From an uncultured virus (IMG/VR IMGVR_UViG_650716090_000002) (lineage: Duplodnaviria; Heunggongvirae; Uroviricota; Caudoviricetes): DNA of 64,000 bases. This document shows positions 1 through 11,348 of this stretch, in pieces. A program made the translations under genes and the position numbers. Location of the stretch: IMG/VR virus record IMGVR_UViG_650716090_000002. One strand, written 5' to 3'. Under the pieces are notes generated by a model, which saw only the letters and a program-made list of their open reading frames with translations, ran no database searches and was not told where the DNA came from. Position 1 is the first letter of the stretch, and each line of letters begins with the position of its first letter.

Positions 1-1290
1 TTATATCTTATTAAGTTTAAATCCTTGAATGTATCGGACGTGAGCAGGATATCCTTTACTTACATATTCTGTTTGGATTCCAGTATATTGTTTTTTGATA
101 AAGTCAACTTCTGCTTTATTATTTACTTTGCTATAAGTTCCACGGTCAAAATTTAGTAATATGTAATCACCTTTTTTATATCCGTTTAAGTCCTCGTCAA
201 AGACTAATAACCTTGCACTAGTTTGTTCATTGGATGCCACTTTTTTAGTCTCCTTTGTTTGTGGTTTAGGTGTTTCTTTTTTAGTCTCCTTAGGTTGTGG
301 TTTAGTTGCTGTTACAGGTTTCTTAGTCGTGTCATTGTAATACTGTTTAACTTTTTCAATATACGCTGGTACGTCCATAGCTTGGGGGCATGCAGTTGCA
401 TAGACTGACTTGTGAGGTACGATAGTTTTATTGCTTGGTACAATTCCTAGGCGCTTACAAATTTCAGCTACTAATTTAGCTCCAGTTTCAATTGTTTGAG
501 CTGAGAAAGTGGAATTTTCTCCATTAATTTTATTGTTTACATGTTCTACACCAATGCTATTTTGGTTAGTGGTTGCGCCTGTCCCTCCACAATGCCAAGC
601 AGTGAAATTTTCGCCAACACAACCAACAATTTGATTGTCGTGTACGATGTACTGTGCGCTTGCTTCTCTTCCACCTGTCCAAGCATCAACTGCGCTTTGT
701 ACTGATAAGCCATATGTGCCATGCAATACAATATATTTAATAAATTTTATGTCACGTTCTCCCCAACTTCCAAAGATTTCAGAACGTGAACTAGTAATTA
801 AGTTTGAGTAAATATCCCCATTTATATTTTTAACTTGCATCTTTCCTCCTTTTTTAACTCTAAATGCTGTTGGATACGTTGCTGAATAAGGCAACATGAC
901 AAGATTAAATGCTGAGCCACCATTAGGGTGCGTAATCGTAGAGCCTTGGTTTTGACCAAGGAACCATCCATAAACGCCGTCTATGTCACTATCAAAAATA
1001 GCGACATGACTAGATGGCGTGACGCCTGCAACCTCTTTAAAGACTGCGACATCACCACCTTCCATGGTTTCAACCTCATCAAAATAAGTCAGCATGCCGT
1101 TTGTTTTACGTTGCTCCCATAAATCCATAGCGTAGCCAGTATGATTAATAGGGTCAGTGTTAATAATCGGAATACCATTTGCCTCGCACAATTCTGCGAA
1201 ACCGTCCCAGCACTGCCAGCCAAAAGCTCCTCCGTCATGATCATAACCATTATTTAAAACTCTACTTTTAAAATCAAGGTATGCAACCAT
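1..1290 (-). CDS. Endolysin: CHAP-like N-terminal domain, Amidase_2 domain, Lys/Pro-rich linker, C-terminal binding domain
   Basis: GWQCWD...SHVAIF...LGQNQ (CHAP-like); IVLHGT...SAQYIV...AWHCG...SIGVEH...ATACP (amidase). Confidence 0.9.
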   Translation of the reverse strand: MVAYLDFKSRVLNNGYDHDGGAFGWQCWDGFAELCEANGIPIINTDPINHTGYAMDLWEQRKTNGMLTYFDEVETMEGGDVAVFKEVAGVTPSSHVAIFDSDIDGVYGWFLGQNQGSTITHPNGGSAFNLVMLPYSATYPTAFRVKKGGKMQVKNINGDIYSNLITSSRSEIFGSWGERDIKFIKYIVLHGTYGLSVQSAVDAWTGGREASAQYIVHDNQIVGCVGENFTAWHCGGTGATTNQNSIGVEHVNNKINGENSTFSAQTIETGAKLVAEICKRLGIVPSNKTIVPHKSVYATACPQAMDVPAYIEKVKQYYNDTTKKPVTATKPQPKETKKETPKPQTKETKKVASNEQTSARLLVFDEDLNGYKKGDYILLNFDRGTYSKVNNKAEVDFIKKQYTGIQTEYVSKGYPAHVRYIQGFKLNKI

Positions 1291-1293
1291 ACG

Positions 1294-1572
1294 CTACTCC
1301 TTTGGTTTTAAATAAGACATAGCCACTGGACTATCAGATAATCCTTTAGTCGTTGGGTCTGGGATAACATTGATAATATTTACCAAAGTGATACCAACAA
1401 CATAAGGATTTGAGATAGCTTTTACAAGCAATTCTGCAATAGCATTCCAAGTTGTTAAATCTTCAGCCTTAAGACCAAAGTAGGTTAAAATTGGTACAAA
1501 AATAGCTAGGATAACCCTAGCTAGAAACAATTTATTTTCCCTGTTAAAACGTACTTTCCAGTTAATTCTCAT
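1294..1572 (-). CDS. Holin, phiLC3 family
   Basis: MRINWKVRF...DPTTKGLSDS signature, two TM segments, adjacent to lysin. Confidence 0.9.
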   Translation of the reverse strand: MRINWKVRFNRENKLFLARVILAIFVPILTYFGLKAEDLTTWNAIAELLVKAISNPYVVGITLVNIINVIPDPTTKGLSDSPVAMSYLKPKE

Positions 1573-1889
1573 CTTTTGTCTACCTTCTCTTTCCATAGTG
1601 TTTTTAATTGTTCTTCGTGACTAATAAGTTTGTCTTCCGCTACACCAATACGTTCTTCGTGTTTGTCTTGACCAGCTTGCAGCCTGTCTCTATGAGCTTG
1701 AGAGTTTGCCCATTTATAATCATTATCTTTCAGATCACTGTTAAGTTTATTGATTGCATTTTGAAGTCCGTTCATCGCTACACGGTTGTTTTCGAGTAGT
1801 GTTTTAATTGGTGCTGATATGTATTTTAAAAACACTAAAACACCAGTGATGGAAATGCACCACTGGCTAAACGTTGTAAAATCGAACAT
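1569..1889 (-). CDS. Lysis-module membrane/coiled-coil protein
   Basis: N-terminal TM segment plus coiled coil, upstream of holin. Confidence 0.7.
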   Translation of the reverse strand: MFDFTTFSQWCISITGVLVFLKYISAPIKTLLENNRVAMNGLQNAINKLNSDLKDNDYKWANSQAHRDRLQAGQDKHEERIGVAEDKLISHEEQLKTLWKEKVDKR

Positions 1890-1893
1890 CTGA

Positions 1894-2022
1894 CTACCCC
1901 TCTTTAGTGCCGACGTTGCTTAACTCAATAAGCTTTTTTACTTTGTCACGGTGTTTTGCTGGTACTTGTTCAAGTGTAATCCAACCGAGTTCAATTTGCG
2001 TTGCAAAATAATTAATTCCCAT
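1894..2022 (-). CDS. Small XkdX-like phage protein (42 aa)
   Basis: Manually translated MGINYFATQIELGWITLEQVPAKHRDKVKKLI...; GGGAG RBS upstream. Confidence 0.65.
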   Translation of the reverse strand: MGINYFATQIELGWITLEQVPAKHRDKVKKLIELSNVGTKEG

Positions 2023-2067
2023 TATATTTCTCCCTTTTTATAAATTCTAGTAATTTTTTCATACTCC

Positions 2068-4689
2068 TTACGTTAAAGCAGTATTAATCGCTTGATAAAC
2101 TGTTCTTGCAATATACTCTGTTCCTGTAATGTTAGGATGCAAGTCTGATGCCATTGGTACAGAAGCCTCTGAAATTTGATCAACAATAATATTTTTTGTC
2201 AAATAACTTTCTGAACTATTGAAATTCAAATTTAATGGTGAAATAAATACATTTGATGTACTTTCAAATTCAAGTAGCATCTCGTTAAATATTTCTACAT
2301 TATGATTTAATCGTTCAGAGTGGTTGTAGGTTGTTGAGTATGAACCTAAGAACGTATTATCAGACGTTTGTTTTGGTACAGTACCAAGTAGAATTTTAAT
2401 ATTTGGGTCGTACGCATGTATGCTATTAATAATATCAGTAACGTATTTTTTACTTTGTGCTAATTCGGTTTTAACAGCATCGACTGTCTTTTGTTGCACA
2501 TCATTTAATCCTAAGTTGATAATAACGATATCAACATTTTGGTTGCTTTGATATGTAGACATATAGTAACTAAAATCAAAGTATTTTGACGATGGGTTGT
2601 AAAACTGATTTACAGTTGAAGTTGACCCACTGTCATCACGATCTGTACGTTTGTAATCAAAAGGTGCAGTAGCATAACTTTTCCATGACCAACCAGCCCA
2701 AGTGTCGTCTTTTACACCAGTTTTGCCTGTATCATGCAAACCTATAAATTTAGCAGTCATACCTGATGCATCCGTCAAGTCACTGATACGCTTAGTAATA
2801 CCGTATAAATCCATAAAACTATCACCAATAGTGACGATTGTAGGGCTACCACTAACTGGTTTGTCTGTTACAGTAAATGCAACATCTTTGCTATCAACAA
2901 TATCACCAGTATAGGTGTTAATAATTGCAAATCGGATGGTAAAACTTTCATTCGTAGTAGGACGATAAAACCACTTACCTGAAATGATATTGCCTTTCAA
3001 TGCAGATACAACCCCATTGACAATTGTTTGCCCAGCTATGTAATAATTACCGTGTCTAAATTCTTGATAGTTTTTTATTGCACCATCAAAGAAAATATCA
3101 AATTGCATTCCCTTGTATATATTGATTTTTGATGGCAATAACAGTTCAGGTTTGTTTGCCGATGATAGAGTTTTTAATTGTGCTAAATCACTTCTACGGA
3201 TTTTTAACGCTCCAAAAGGTTCATAAGCTGTAGCAATCGTCCCTTTTTCGAGTTGGTAGTTAGATACTTTTGTGTTTGGTATTGATAATCTTACATATTG
3301 TGCATTTGTAGGGGTTTTAAAAGTGGTTGCGCTTGCTAAACCTGATATGTATGCTTTGTTAGAGTCATAAAACGCTAACTGCTGATTATCGCTTTTAACA
3401 TAATCTGTGTCTGGCAAAACTTTAATATAATCGCTAGCGCTAAACAGACTTTGAGTATATAGCTTACCATCTGGATAATTTATATAAAATCCAGTAAGAG
3501 CTTTTTCAACATCAAATAAGTTTTTAGATGTATCTGTTAATAACAAAGAATTTTCTTCCAATTCTAAAGGTTTAATTTCTTCAATCGCTGCACGTTTAAC
3601 TTTAATAGTGTAAGGTTCATAACCACCAACAACGCTGCCTTTTACTAACATCATTGTATTTATATAATTGCTTTTTACAGTCAATCTAATATATGCTGCA
3701 TTAGACGGAGATGTAAAAGTAGTTCCTATTGACAACCCAGAGATAAATACTTTCGAACTATCATAAAATGCTAATTGTTGTCCTGAACCATCATTTTTTG
3801 CGTAAGATGTATTAGGTTCAATTTTAATAAAATCGGAAACGTAAAAGTCTAATTCGGTCGAATATATTTTACCGTCCTGATATGCAACAAAAAAACCATA
3901 ATTTGCGGTTGCTTTATTAAATAGATTAACGCCTTTTTCTATGAATAAAGGATGATCAATTAAATTGTCTGGTGTGACCGTTCCATCAATGATATTATCA
4001 ATACCACTTACGCCATCTTTTCCGACAACAGCAACAGAGCCTCCTGTTAAAGCTTCTTTAACTTCTTGAGACAGATGACTTAGTTTGATAACATTGTTTT
4101 TATTATCAATCTTTGTTAAAATATCTTTTTCGTTAGTTGTAATTGCGTCAGCAAAATTAATAAGTCTATCATTTAATGTATTATGTGTGCCTCTTGCTTG
4201 GATGATTTCTGCATGGTCAGCCAATGCATTTGAGTAGATAGAAGCCATTTTGTTTAGCAAATCAGTTATACTTCCACCTTGTCTATTTAAATCACTTAGA
4301 ATGCCGTCTATTGTCATATTGACGTCATAATTTGGAATTAAGTCTTTAAGGTCGTAAGCAACTGCCCCAGCTTTAATAGAAATTAAACAGCTTCTATCAG
4401 ATGGGAAGATATAATTGTCGATTTTAATTTCAAGATAGAAAACTCCAGTTTGTACTGCTTTTTCAATATTGAATGTTACTGATGAATCTGATACTAAAGT
4501 TGTTGATTCATAAACGATATGGTTATCGTCGCAAAGTGTAATTGTTGCAGTCTTACTATTTAACTCGTGGAAATAATTTCCTTGAGCATCTTTAAGTGTG
4601 AATGTTAATTTAGAGCCGAAATCTCCTTGTTTAAGTCTATTTCCGCCCTTTTCTTGATTTAATTGTAATGTATTTTCTGGAAATGTCAT
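2068..4689 (-). CDS. Receptor-binding/baseplate protein with BppU-like N-terminus, two repeated binding modules and C-terminal SGNH hydrolase
   Basis: NLF...SD(F/Y)IK...QQLAFYDS repeat twice; IGDS, INLGLND and DLHPN SGNH blocks. Confidence 0.8.
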   Translation of the reverse strand: MTFPENTLQLNQEKGGNRLKQGDFGSKLTFTLKDAQGNYFHELNSKTATITLCDDNHIVYESTTLVSDSSVTFNIEKAVQTGVFYLEIKIDNYIFPSDRSCLISIKAGAVAYDLKDLIPNYDVNMTIDGILSDLNRQGGSITDLLNKMASIYSNALADHAEIIQARGTHNTLNDRLINFADAITTNEKDILTKIDNKNNVIKLSHLSQEVKEALTGGSVAVVGKDGVSGIDNIIDGTVTPDNLIDHPLFIEKGVNLFNKATANYGFFVAYQDGKIYSTELDFYVSDFIKIEPNTSYAKNDGSGQQLAFYDSSKVFISGLSIGTTFTSPSNAAYIRLTVKSNYINTMMLVKGSVVGGYEPYTIKVKRAAIEEIKPLELEENSLLLTDTSKNLFDVEKALTGFYINYPDGKLYTQSLFSASDYIKVLPDTDYVKSDNQQLAFYDSNKAYISGLASATTFKTPTNAQYVRLSIPNTKVSNYQLEKGTIATAYEPFGALKIRRSDLAQLKTLSSANKPELLLPSKINIYKGMQFDIFFDGAIKNYQEFRHGNYYIAGQTIVNGVVSALKGNIISGKWFYRPTTNESFTIRFAIINTYTGDIVDSKDVAFTVTDKPVSGSPTIVTIGDSFMDLYGITKRISDLTDASGMTAKFIGLHDTGKTGVKDDTWAGWSWKSYATAPFDYKRTDRDDSGSTSTVNQFYNPSSKYFDFSYYMSTYQSNQNVDIVIINLGLNDVQQKTVDAVKTELAQSKKYVTDIINSIHAYDPNIKILLGTVPKQTSDNTFLGSYSTTYNHSERLNHNVEIFNEMLLEFESTSNVFISPLNLNFNSSESYLTKNIIVDQISEASVPMASDLHPNITGTEYIARTVYQAINTALT

Positions 4690-4700
4690 TTGTACCCCTT

Positions 4701-7655
4701 CTATGCTATTCTTTCCCATTTGTATTCGCTTGGATTAGCGCTGTTATCCATAGCTTCCCAAGTCCCCCCCATTATTAATGCAGGGTTGGTATCGAGTGCG
4801 CTTGTATAAATAGTGCCTACTGAATAAAACGTATCTAATATGCCAGCGTTTCTATCTGTCCATGTATAATCACCGTAATTGGCTGATTGAGTTAGTCCAG
4901 TATAAGTTCCCTCATATCTTTTATTAGTCGAATTACTGGTGCTAAAACCAGTTGAACCATCAGCACTATCTGACCAAGCTTTCCAAACTGTCAAACCATC
5001 CTCGCCGTTAACACCATCAATTACATTTACAAATGTGATCTGTTTAGTAGCTACTAATTCACTACCGACAAAGGCATCTACTGTAATAACTAGCGACGGA
5101 TTAACGTCTGTACCATTAACAGTATAACTATCCCCACTGTTAAGCAGAACATCTCCATTTCTAAACTGGTAGGTAGCTTCAATTTGTTGAGTGCCTTTCC
5201 ACAGAAAAGCAAATACCGTTGATGTTCCAGTATTGTTTTTAAAAGTTGTTGTTCCAGCATTTAAAACCAAACTGTATGGTTGAACAGATTCCGACAATTC
5301 AGCGTAACGATCAGTCAAATCTTTACTCAACTTGTTCCGCAATGCTTTATAATTATCAAAAATCGTCTGGTTGCTTGTTGGATTTGTAAAACTTATATGT
5401 TGTTCGGATACTCTAGCAGTTAATACTAATCCATTTTGGAAACCCTCATCAACAACTTTTACAGTATCCCCGATATCTAATTCTTCGGACGAACCTTTCA
5501 CATCGTATGAAATGGATGGGTAGCAGTTTTTTCTTAATTCAGCCAACGAACTTGATATCAACAATTCAACATCTGTTGTTTGTAATTCCACGGACTTTTT
5601 AATCCAGTTATCTCCTACCTCCTCACCTGTAAAAGCTGATGGATATAAATCCCTTGAAAGTGGTGCGTACAGCGAACCATTTTTAATGTAAAACTCAACT
5701 ACACCTTCTTCGTTTTTCCACTCACGATATAAATCGGTTGGTATACGTGTGATAACTTCTTTAGATTGCGTTTCTGTAATTGTTGATGGTTCGTTATTAC
5801 CAGTTGACCCAGACGGCGCTGGTGCGCTCTCTGTGCCATCTACTCGCTTACCGTGTACAATTTCAGGCGGATAACATAATGTTTGGATAACGCCTAAATA
5901 TTGGCTTGCACTATACGTGCGTTCTTCTACGAATTGATGTCCTGCGTAGTTTTGCTCTAAGACTGTTAAGGTATCTCCTGATAATCCTTTGATGACTACT
6001 GTATGTCCCCAACCACCAGTCCAAACTGGTCCGCCTGCATTGGCTCTGATGTTGGCAATCGATCCCGGAATTAAATGCTTAACCTGTGATGGTCTGACTA
6101 CTTTCCAGCCAAATTGAGACCAACTGTAATCTTCCCCAATGTGTGAGGCACCAGCACCCGCACCTATTAGCCCTTTAAATCCGTTTGTTACACCACCACC
6201 CAACCAAGGACCGCCAATTGACATGGCATACCAAGCACTTAGCGCGTAACACTGACCAGAACCAATACGAGTTCCCTTTTTAGCAGTAAGTGCATTCAAC
6301 ACGGAAATAACTTTATCTGCTTTTTGACTTACTGGCGCAGTACCAACTGTACCTGCTGATTTCAATTGAGCATCAAGTGTATCCATAGCACCGTTTGAAT
6401 TACTGTTAATACCACCCCGAATTGAACGCATTAGTGGTGCATAATGACCATATCCTGCTGACGCATAATCATATGTAGCACCACCGACACGAAATAGACC
6501 TTTTGTATAAGCATCAATGTTGTTAGCACCTTTAACTTTGTAAATACCTTGCTCAGCTAATAAGTAAGTGTAGTCTTTCATATAGTCCGACACACTTGCA
6601 AAGTGCGTGTAATAACCGCCCTCATTGGCAGGTCTAGCAGTACCTTGCGTAACTTTAATCCCTGATGGTCTCGTTGTTGAGCCAGTCCAAGTAAGGCCAC
6701 CCCAGTTATTATCAGCTCTTGCGACTGGGGAATTACCCCACCAAGATTCTAAATATAACTGAGAAAATACACCAGACGGCAATAACTTATGTTGCACACA
6801 AAGATTTAAAATCTCATTTACAAGACTTTTAGAGATGGTTCTTCCGCCATTTGAAAGTGAACCGCCTGAATAAGTGACTGCATTGAGTTTGGGCGCTACA
6901 TATTTAGGATTTGCTTTAGTTACCTTTACATCAACAGTTGCTTTTCCTGTCGGTGTGATCATGTTGAAAATACCAGTTTTGTCTATTTTTCTAGTAACGC
7001 CACTGATGTTATACCCATAATTAAGTTGAATATCGTCACGTTTTTTGCCAACACCTTGATTCTTGTCGTCATTAGCTTTGTAGATATTCATAATGAATGA
7101 TTTCAAGCTTGAATCTTCATTTAGAATAGTTTCAAACTCAATTTCAGCATCAAACATATTAGCAATAGATAACAAACGCTTGTGCTTGGTATCTGTTCCA
7201 GTCCATTCTAACGTTCGCTCTCTATCTTCAATCTCATTATGACCAATCGTGATAGCTCCAAAAGTGAGTAAGGAGAATTTATTACAATAGTCAATAAATG
7301 ACATCTCTGTCGGCGCTTTGAATGGACCTGCCATTTCATTTAACAATTCAAGATTGAGATTTTCGCATTCACATCTAATTGTTGTTTCTGTTTCCTCTGT
7401 TTTCATAACGCTAAACAGATAAGTCTTCTGGTGATATTTGAACGAAACAAAAGACCTCTCAGATAAACTCTGATAGGCCTTTTCTTTTACTGTGTCGGAT
7501 TTAATCTTGTTTTTATAGACTGTGAATTCAAATGTTGATGATGCAGTTTCTAAATATCTTTTCCAAATATCGTCATAAAAAGAAAGTGTATCTTGCAATT
7601 CGTTATCGACATAAGCTATTTTTTGCAACTTAGAATCGTGAATAAGTATATCCAA
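4701..7655 (-). CDS. Tail-associated lysin (Tal): tail endopeptidase, glucosaminidase and CHAP domains
   Basis: QLYLESWWG...NNWGG (glucosaminidase); GSGQCYAL...GHTVVI...EQNY (CHAP). Confidence 0.85.
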   Translation of the reverse strand: MDILIHDSKLQKIAYVDNELQDTLSFYDDIWKRYLETASSTFEFTVYKNKIKSDTVKEKAYQSLSERSFVSFKYHQKTYLFSVMKTEETETTIRCECENLNLELLNEMAGPFKAPTEMSFIDYCNKFSLLTFGAITIGHNEIEDRERTLEWTGTDTKHKRLLSIANMFDAEIEFETILNEDSSLKSFIMNIYKANDDKNQGVGKKRDDIQLNYGYNISGVTRKIDKTGIFNMITPTGKATVDVKVTKANPKYVAPKLNAVTYSGGSLSNGGRTISKSLVNEILNLCVQHKLLPSGVFSQLYLESWWGNSPVARADNNWGGLTWTGSTTRPSGIKVTQGTARPANEGGYYTHFASVSDYMKDYTYLLAEQGIYKVKGANNIDAYTKGLFRVGGATYDYASAGYGHYAPLMRSIRGGINSNSNGAMDTLDAQLKSAGTVGTAPVSQKADKVISVLNALTAKKGTRIGSGQCYALSAWYAMSIGGPWLGGGVTNGFKGLIGAGAGASHIGEDYSWSQFGWKVVRPSQVKHLIPGSIANIRANAGGPVWTGGWGHTVVIKGLSGDTLTVLEQNYAGHQFVEERTYSASQYLGVIQTLCYPPEIVHGKRVDGTESAPAPSGSTGNNEPSTITETQSKEVITRIPTDLYREWKNEEGVVEFYIKNGSLYAPLSRDLYPSAFTGEEVGDNWIKKSVELQTTDVELLISSSLAELRKNCYPSISYDVKGSSEELDIGDTVKVVDEGFQNGLVLTARVSEQHISFTNPTSNQTIFDNYKALRNKLSKDLTDRYAELSESVQPYSLVLNAGTTTFKNNTGTSTVFAFLWKGTQQIEATYQFRNGDVLLNSGDSYTVNGTDVNPSLVITVDAFVGSELVATKQITFVNVIDGVNGEDGLTVWKAWSDSADGSTGFSTSNSTNKRYEGTYTGLTQSANYGDYTWTDRNAGILDTFYSVGTIYTSALDTNPALIMGGTWEAMDNSANPSEYKWERIA

Positions 7656-7658
7656 TAA

Positions 7659-9145
7659 TTACAACCACCTTTCTTCAAATGCTATTTCAATATCTGGAAT
7701 TGATTCATTCCATGACGACCTATTAATTTCTAGTGTAGACTTGCCAACTGGTATTTTTAGCCAATTTGAGCCATCGACAACATGATTAAGTTTTGCGATA
7801 TTATCAACATAAAACGTTTTATTTTCGCCGTTTATAACAACTGTAGAACCTTTGCCATAAGGGTTAGGGATATTGTAGTCAAAAGCTACATTATCTTTAC
7901 GATATTTAATACCATCGATATACATGCGAGTTACTAAAGGTTGCCCATTAATCGAACCTAAAGCTACATGCAATTTTGCTGATTTTTTACCTTTTAATTC
8001 TGGAAAAATTTTGTTGTATCTTGAACCAAACCAGAAAATTGATACTTCATCATCGACACGTCTAAAGTCAGACCAGCCTCTTGTTGGTTCAAACGGATTG
8101 TCTTTGTGCTCGTCCGTTGCTTTAAATTTCTTTTTAAAATCAGAAAACTTGTAGCCACCTTTACCATCAGTAACCATAAAATTATATTCAGTTTCTAAAC
8201 CTGCTTTGCGTTTGATTGTTTCAACACCATACAAAAAATTCCCGTCTGTATCTGAAATCATTATTTTAATAAAGCCATATTGATTCAAAGAACCTGCCCA
8301 AAAAATTTGGCGCCACCAAATATAATCATAAAGCGAACCTTCGGTGGGTAAATCAAATGTTAAAGAACCTGCGTGTGTGCCTTTTGTAAATGGTTCCCCA
8401 CCCAAAAGCAAGTGGTCGCGTCCTAGCCAGCTTCCTACGGATAACGTGTCATCTAATACTGCACTATTGTCGTTTAAAATTGCTACGTTCTTAGTGCCTT
8501 TAGTAAAGCCATCTTTTATACCAGTTCCGCTATCTGTATAGTCAAAAGGTCTTTCTGAAAAACCTCTTGTTTCACTATCGATAATCTCGCGGTCACCAAT
8601 TTCCATAACACCACTTGGATTGACTAGTCCAAAATATCCATTTTCACTGTTCATTTTCGCAGTGACGATTGGTAAAGCTTCGACATTTCCATTATTATTC
8701 AATTCAAAAACGAGCTTACCGCCTGATTCGGTATAACTCGTAACTTTTTTATATGAGATTGAATGAGCAACACCGTCTGGTATGAAGAACTCTATCGAAA
8801 CAAGACCAAGCCAAGAAATTGGATCACTAGAAGAAATTCTGTTTATTGGTCTTCCTAGGTAATATTTATCTGGTTCGTCTGAAAATTTAATTTTAACATC
8901 GGTATCAACATTAAAAATACCTGCCAACTTGTGCTTAAGTTGATTAAGCGAGTAATCACTAGTTCTATCTTTTATATAAAAATCAACTGTGATTGTCTTA
9001 GAGGATATTTTATTTTTTGTACAATAGTACCGATAAAAAGGGAATTGTTAGTCGTTAATTCAATTGGATTTCCAATATCTCTATTAACAGACATAATATT
9101 AATCATGTTTGATAAATCAATGTCATTAAACATCATTTGTACCAT
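7659..9145 (-). CDS. Distal tail protein (Dit), apparent 1-nt frameshift near 9013-9018
   Basis: Homologous to the intact 45730-47214; A6 here versus A7 there. Confidence 0.8.
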
Positions 9146-9146
9146 A

Positions 9147-11348
9147 TTAAATATCCCCCCTTAATCTTTTGATTTGAATTGCTTGATTGTTCTGATAACT
9201 ACTAAAGTCATTACCTGTTGTGTAAGCTAAATCACGACCGTTAACATTAAGCACCGTTGGGCGTTTAACTGCATCTGAAGCAACTTTCAATGCGCTTTTG
9301 GCTATTTCATCATTACCGCCAACCATTACCATTCCTGATTGAGAACGAGCACTCTCTTTTGCATATTTCATGCTAATATCATGTGGAACTACCACAGAAC
9401 CACCCGGCAAATAAGTCAATTCTCCACGTCCGCCCTCATTCATGCGAGCGAAACCACCTTGCCAGTTGTCAGTACCTCTAGCAAGATAAGGGATTGAGCC
9501 TATAGTTCCAACTTCCACTCCTGATATTTTATTGACAGTGCCTATCAAGCTATTGATTCCACTTATTGCGCCGTTTATAATGCCTATAACGCCGTTCATA
9601 GCACCTTTCATAATAGAACCAATTCCGCCAAAGATACCGCCTAGCATGTCGACAATCCCTTGCCAAGCTTTACGCCAATTACCAGTAAATACACCAGTGA
9701 TAAAGGTTATTATTCCCCCTAATACTTTAAGAAGATTCTTAACTATTCCACTTATTGTTTGAAATGAAACGGTCATTACATTTGCAATTATCGCAAATAC
9801 TCCTTTAAATTTAGCACCTAAAATTTCAAGAATTGGAGGGATAATTTTCCCGAATAGGTCAGCAAGTGTAGAAATAAATGGTTCTGCTATTTTTAGGAAA
9901 AATGACAATTCGACAGCAATATTGGTAAACATTTCTTTAAAGCTGTTGTATAAAGGAATTAACGATTCTTCAACTACTGACATAATTATTTCTTTTATTG
10001 CTTGAAAGACAGGCAATATAAAGCTATTCCAAACATTTATTAACATCGTGGATATGCTATTCCATATTTCTGTAATAGCAATATTAAAAGCCACTGAATT
10101 GTGCAGTAAATCATTTATAGCATATGCGACAATGCCAATTGCAAGTGCAATACCTGCAAAAATAGCAATTATAGGACCAGCACCTAGTGAACCAAAGACG
10201 CCAGCTAAAGCGCCTCCCTCTGCTGTAGCAGTTGCAAACCAACCTAATACAGTAGAAATAGCTCCTCCGATAATTCCAAACGCTGTAATAAGATTACCAA
10301 CGCCAACCACAATTGAACCTAGTGCTAACAGAACAGGGCCTGCTACGGCAACTACACCTATACCCCACTTTTGCCAAGGCTCGAGCGGAATATTATCCCA
10401 CATAGTTTTTAATACATCGCCTACATTCATCGAAAATTGTCTAACAGTCGCCTCTAACTCCGACACTAGTTTTTTAACATCAGCATTCTTTGAGCCAAGA
10501 TTGTCCACCAAATTTTGAGCTGACGCTTTCATTGCATTGAAAGAACCAGACACTGTCTTGCTCGCTTCTTCTGATGTCGTTCCTGCGACACCTAAATTTT
10601 CTTGAATTAAATGAATAGCTTCAATGACATCTGCATAGTTATTTAAATCGAATTTTTTACCCATCGCACCAGGTAACTTCTCTGCATCGGATAACAATCG
10701 AGCCATTTCTTCTTTAGTACCGCCGTAACCTAATTTAAGGTTATCGAGCATAGTATAATTTTGTTTTGCAAATCCTTGATATGCATTTTGAATCAATTCC
10801 ATGCTTGTGCCAAATTTATTTGCATTGTCTGACATGTCTACAATTGCTTTATCAGCATAAGCTGACGCTTTGGCGGTATCACCACCAAGCCCCTGCAATA
10901 AAGTTGCTGAGAACGATGTCACTTGTTCCATGTACTTAGTTCCTGAAATTCCTGCACGTTTATAGGCACTTTCAGAGTTCTTGATAACAGCTTTTGCGGA
11001 TTTCCCAAATAAAGTCTCTATCCCGCCAACGGCCTGTTCTAAGCCTGCAAAAGATTTAACTGCTAGAGCGACACCGCCTACAATAGGTGTTGTTATCCCA
11101 GCTGTCATGGCACCACCTATCCCCATCATAGATGAACCTACATTTGTAACAGCACTACCGATTGACTTCATTTTGTTTGACGCTTGTTCTATCTTCTCTT
11201 GCATCGCCTGAAAATCTTTAGACGTCTGATTAGATGTTTGTTTAATCTTCTCTTTTAATTGTTCAGCTTCTGCAACTGCTTTCTCAAATGCTTGTTGCAT
11301 TTTGGTGGCGTCACCAGTAACTTCAACACTTAATATATAATCAGCCAT
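9147..11348 (-). CDS. Tape measure protein
   Basis: Gly/Ala-rich with amphipathic repeats, located between chaperones and Dit. Confidence 0.9.
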   Translation of the reverse strand: MADYILSVEVTGDATKMQQAFEKAVAEAEQLKEKIKQTSNQTSKDFQAMQEKIEQASNKMKSIGSAVTNVGSSMMGIGGAMTAGITTPIVGGVALAVKSFAGLEQAVGGIETLFGKSAKAVIKNSESAYKRAGISGTKYMEQVTSFSATLLQGLGGDTAKASAYADKAIVDMSDNANKFGTSMELIQNAYQGFAKQNYTMLDNLKLGYGGTKEEMARLLSDAEKLPGAMGKKFDLNNYADVIEAIHLIQENLGVAGTTSEEASKTVSGSFNAMKASAQNLVDNLGSKNADVKKLVSELEATVRQFSMNVGDVLKTMWDNIPLEPWQKWGIGVVAVAGPVLLALGSIVVGVGNLITAFGIIGGAISTVLGWFATATAEGGALAGVFGSLGAGPIIAIFAGIALAIGIVAYAINDLLHNSVAFNIAITEIWNSISTMLINVWNSFILPVFQAIKEIIMSVVEESLIPLYNSFKEMFTNIAVELSFFLKIAEPFISTLADLFGKIIPPILEILGAKFKGVFAIIANVMTVSFQTISGIVKNLLKVLGGIITFITGVFTGNWRKAWQGIVDMLGGIFGGIGSIMKGAMNGVIGIINGAISGINSLIGTVNKISGVEVGTIGSIPYLARGTDNWQGGFARMNEGGRGELTYLPGGSVVVPHDISMKYAKESARSQSGMVMVGGNDEIAKSALKVASDAVKRPTVLNVNGRDLAYTTGNDFSSYQNNQAIQIKRLRGDI

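Larger units (their letters stand above)
1..5146 (+). repeat. Long direct repeat copy 1 (lysin to 3' end of Tal)
   Basis: ORF translations are identical to those at offset +38,077. The first difference I found is 5147 g versus 43224 a. Confidence 0.9.

Noticed and set aside
2068..4689. Diversity-generating retroelement or invertible tail locus
   Set aside because: No reverse transcriptase, invertase or template/variable repeat pair; the two copies are identical.
9013..9018. Frameshifts in Dit, tail terminator (12993), DnaD protein (about 30355 and 30600) and prophage 2 TMP (about 49310) as pseudogenes or phase variation
   Set aside because: All are fixed by one extra A in an A6-A7 run, the signature of homopolymer sequencing error. 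They cannot be called biological without reads.
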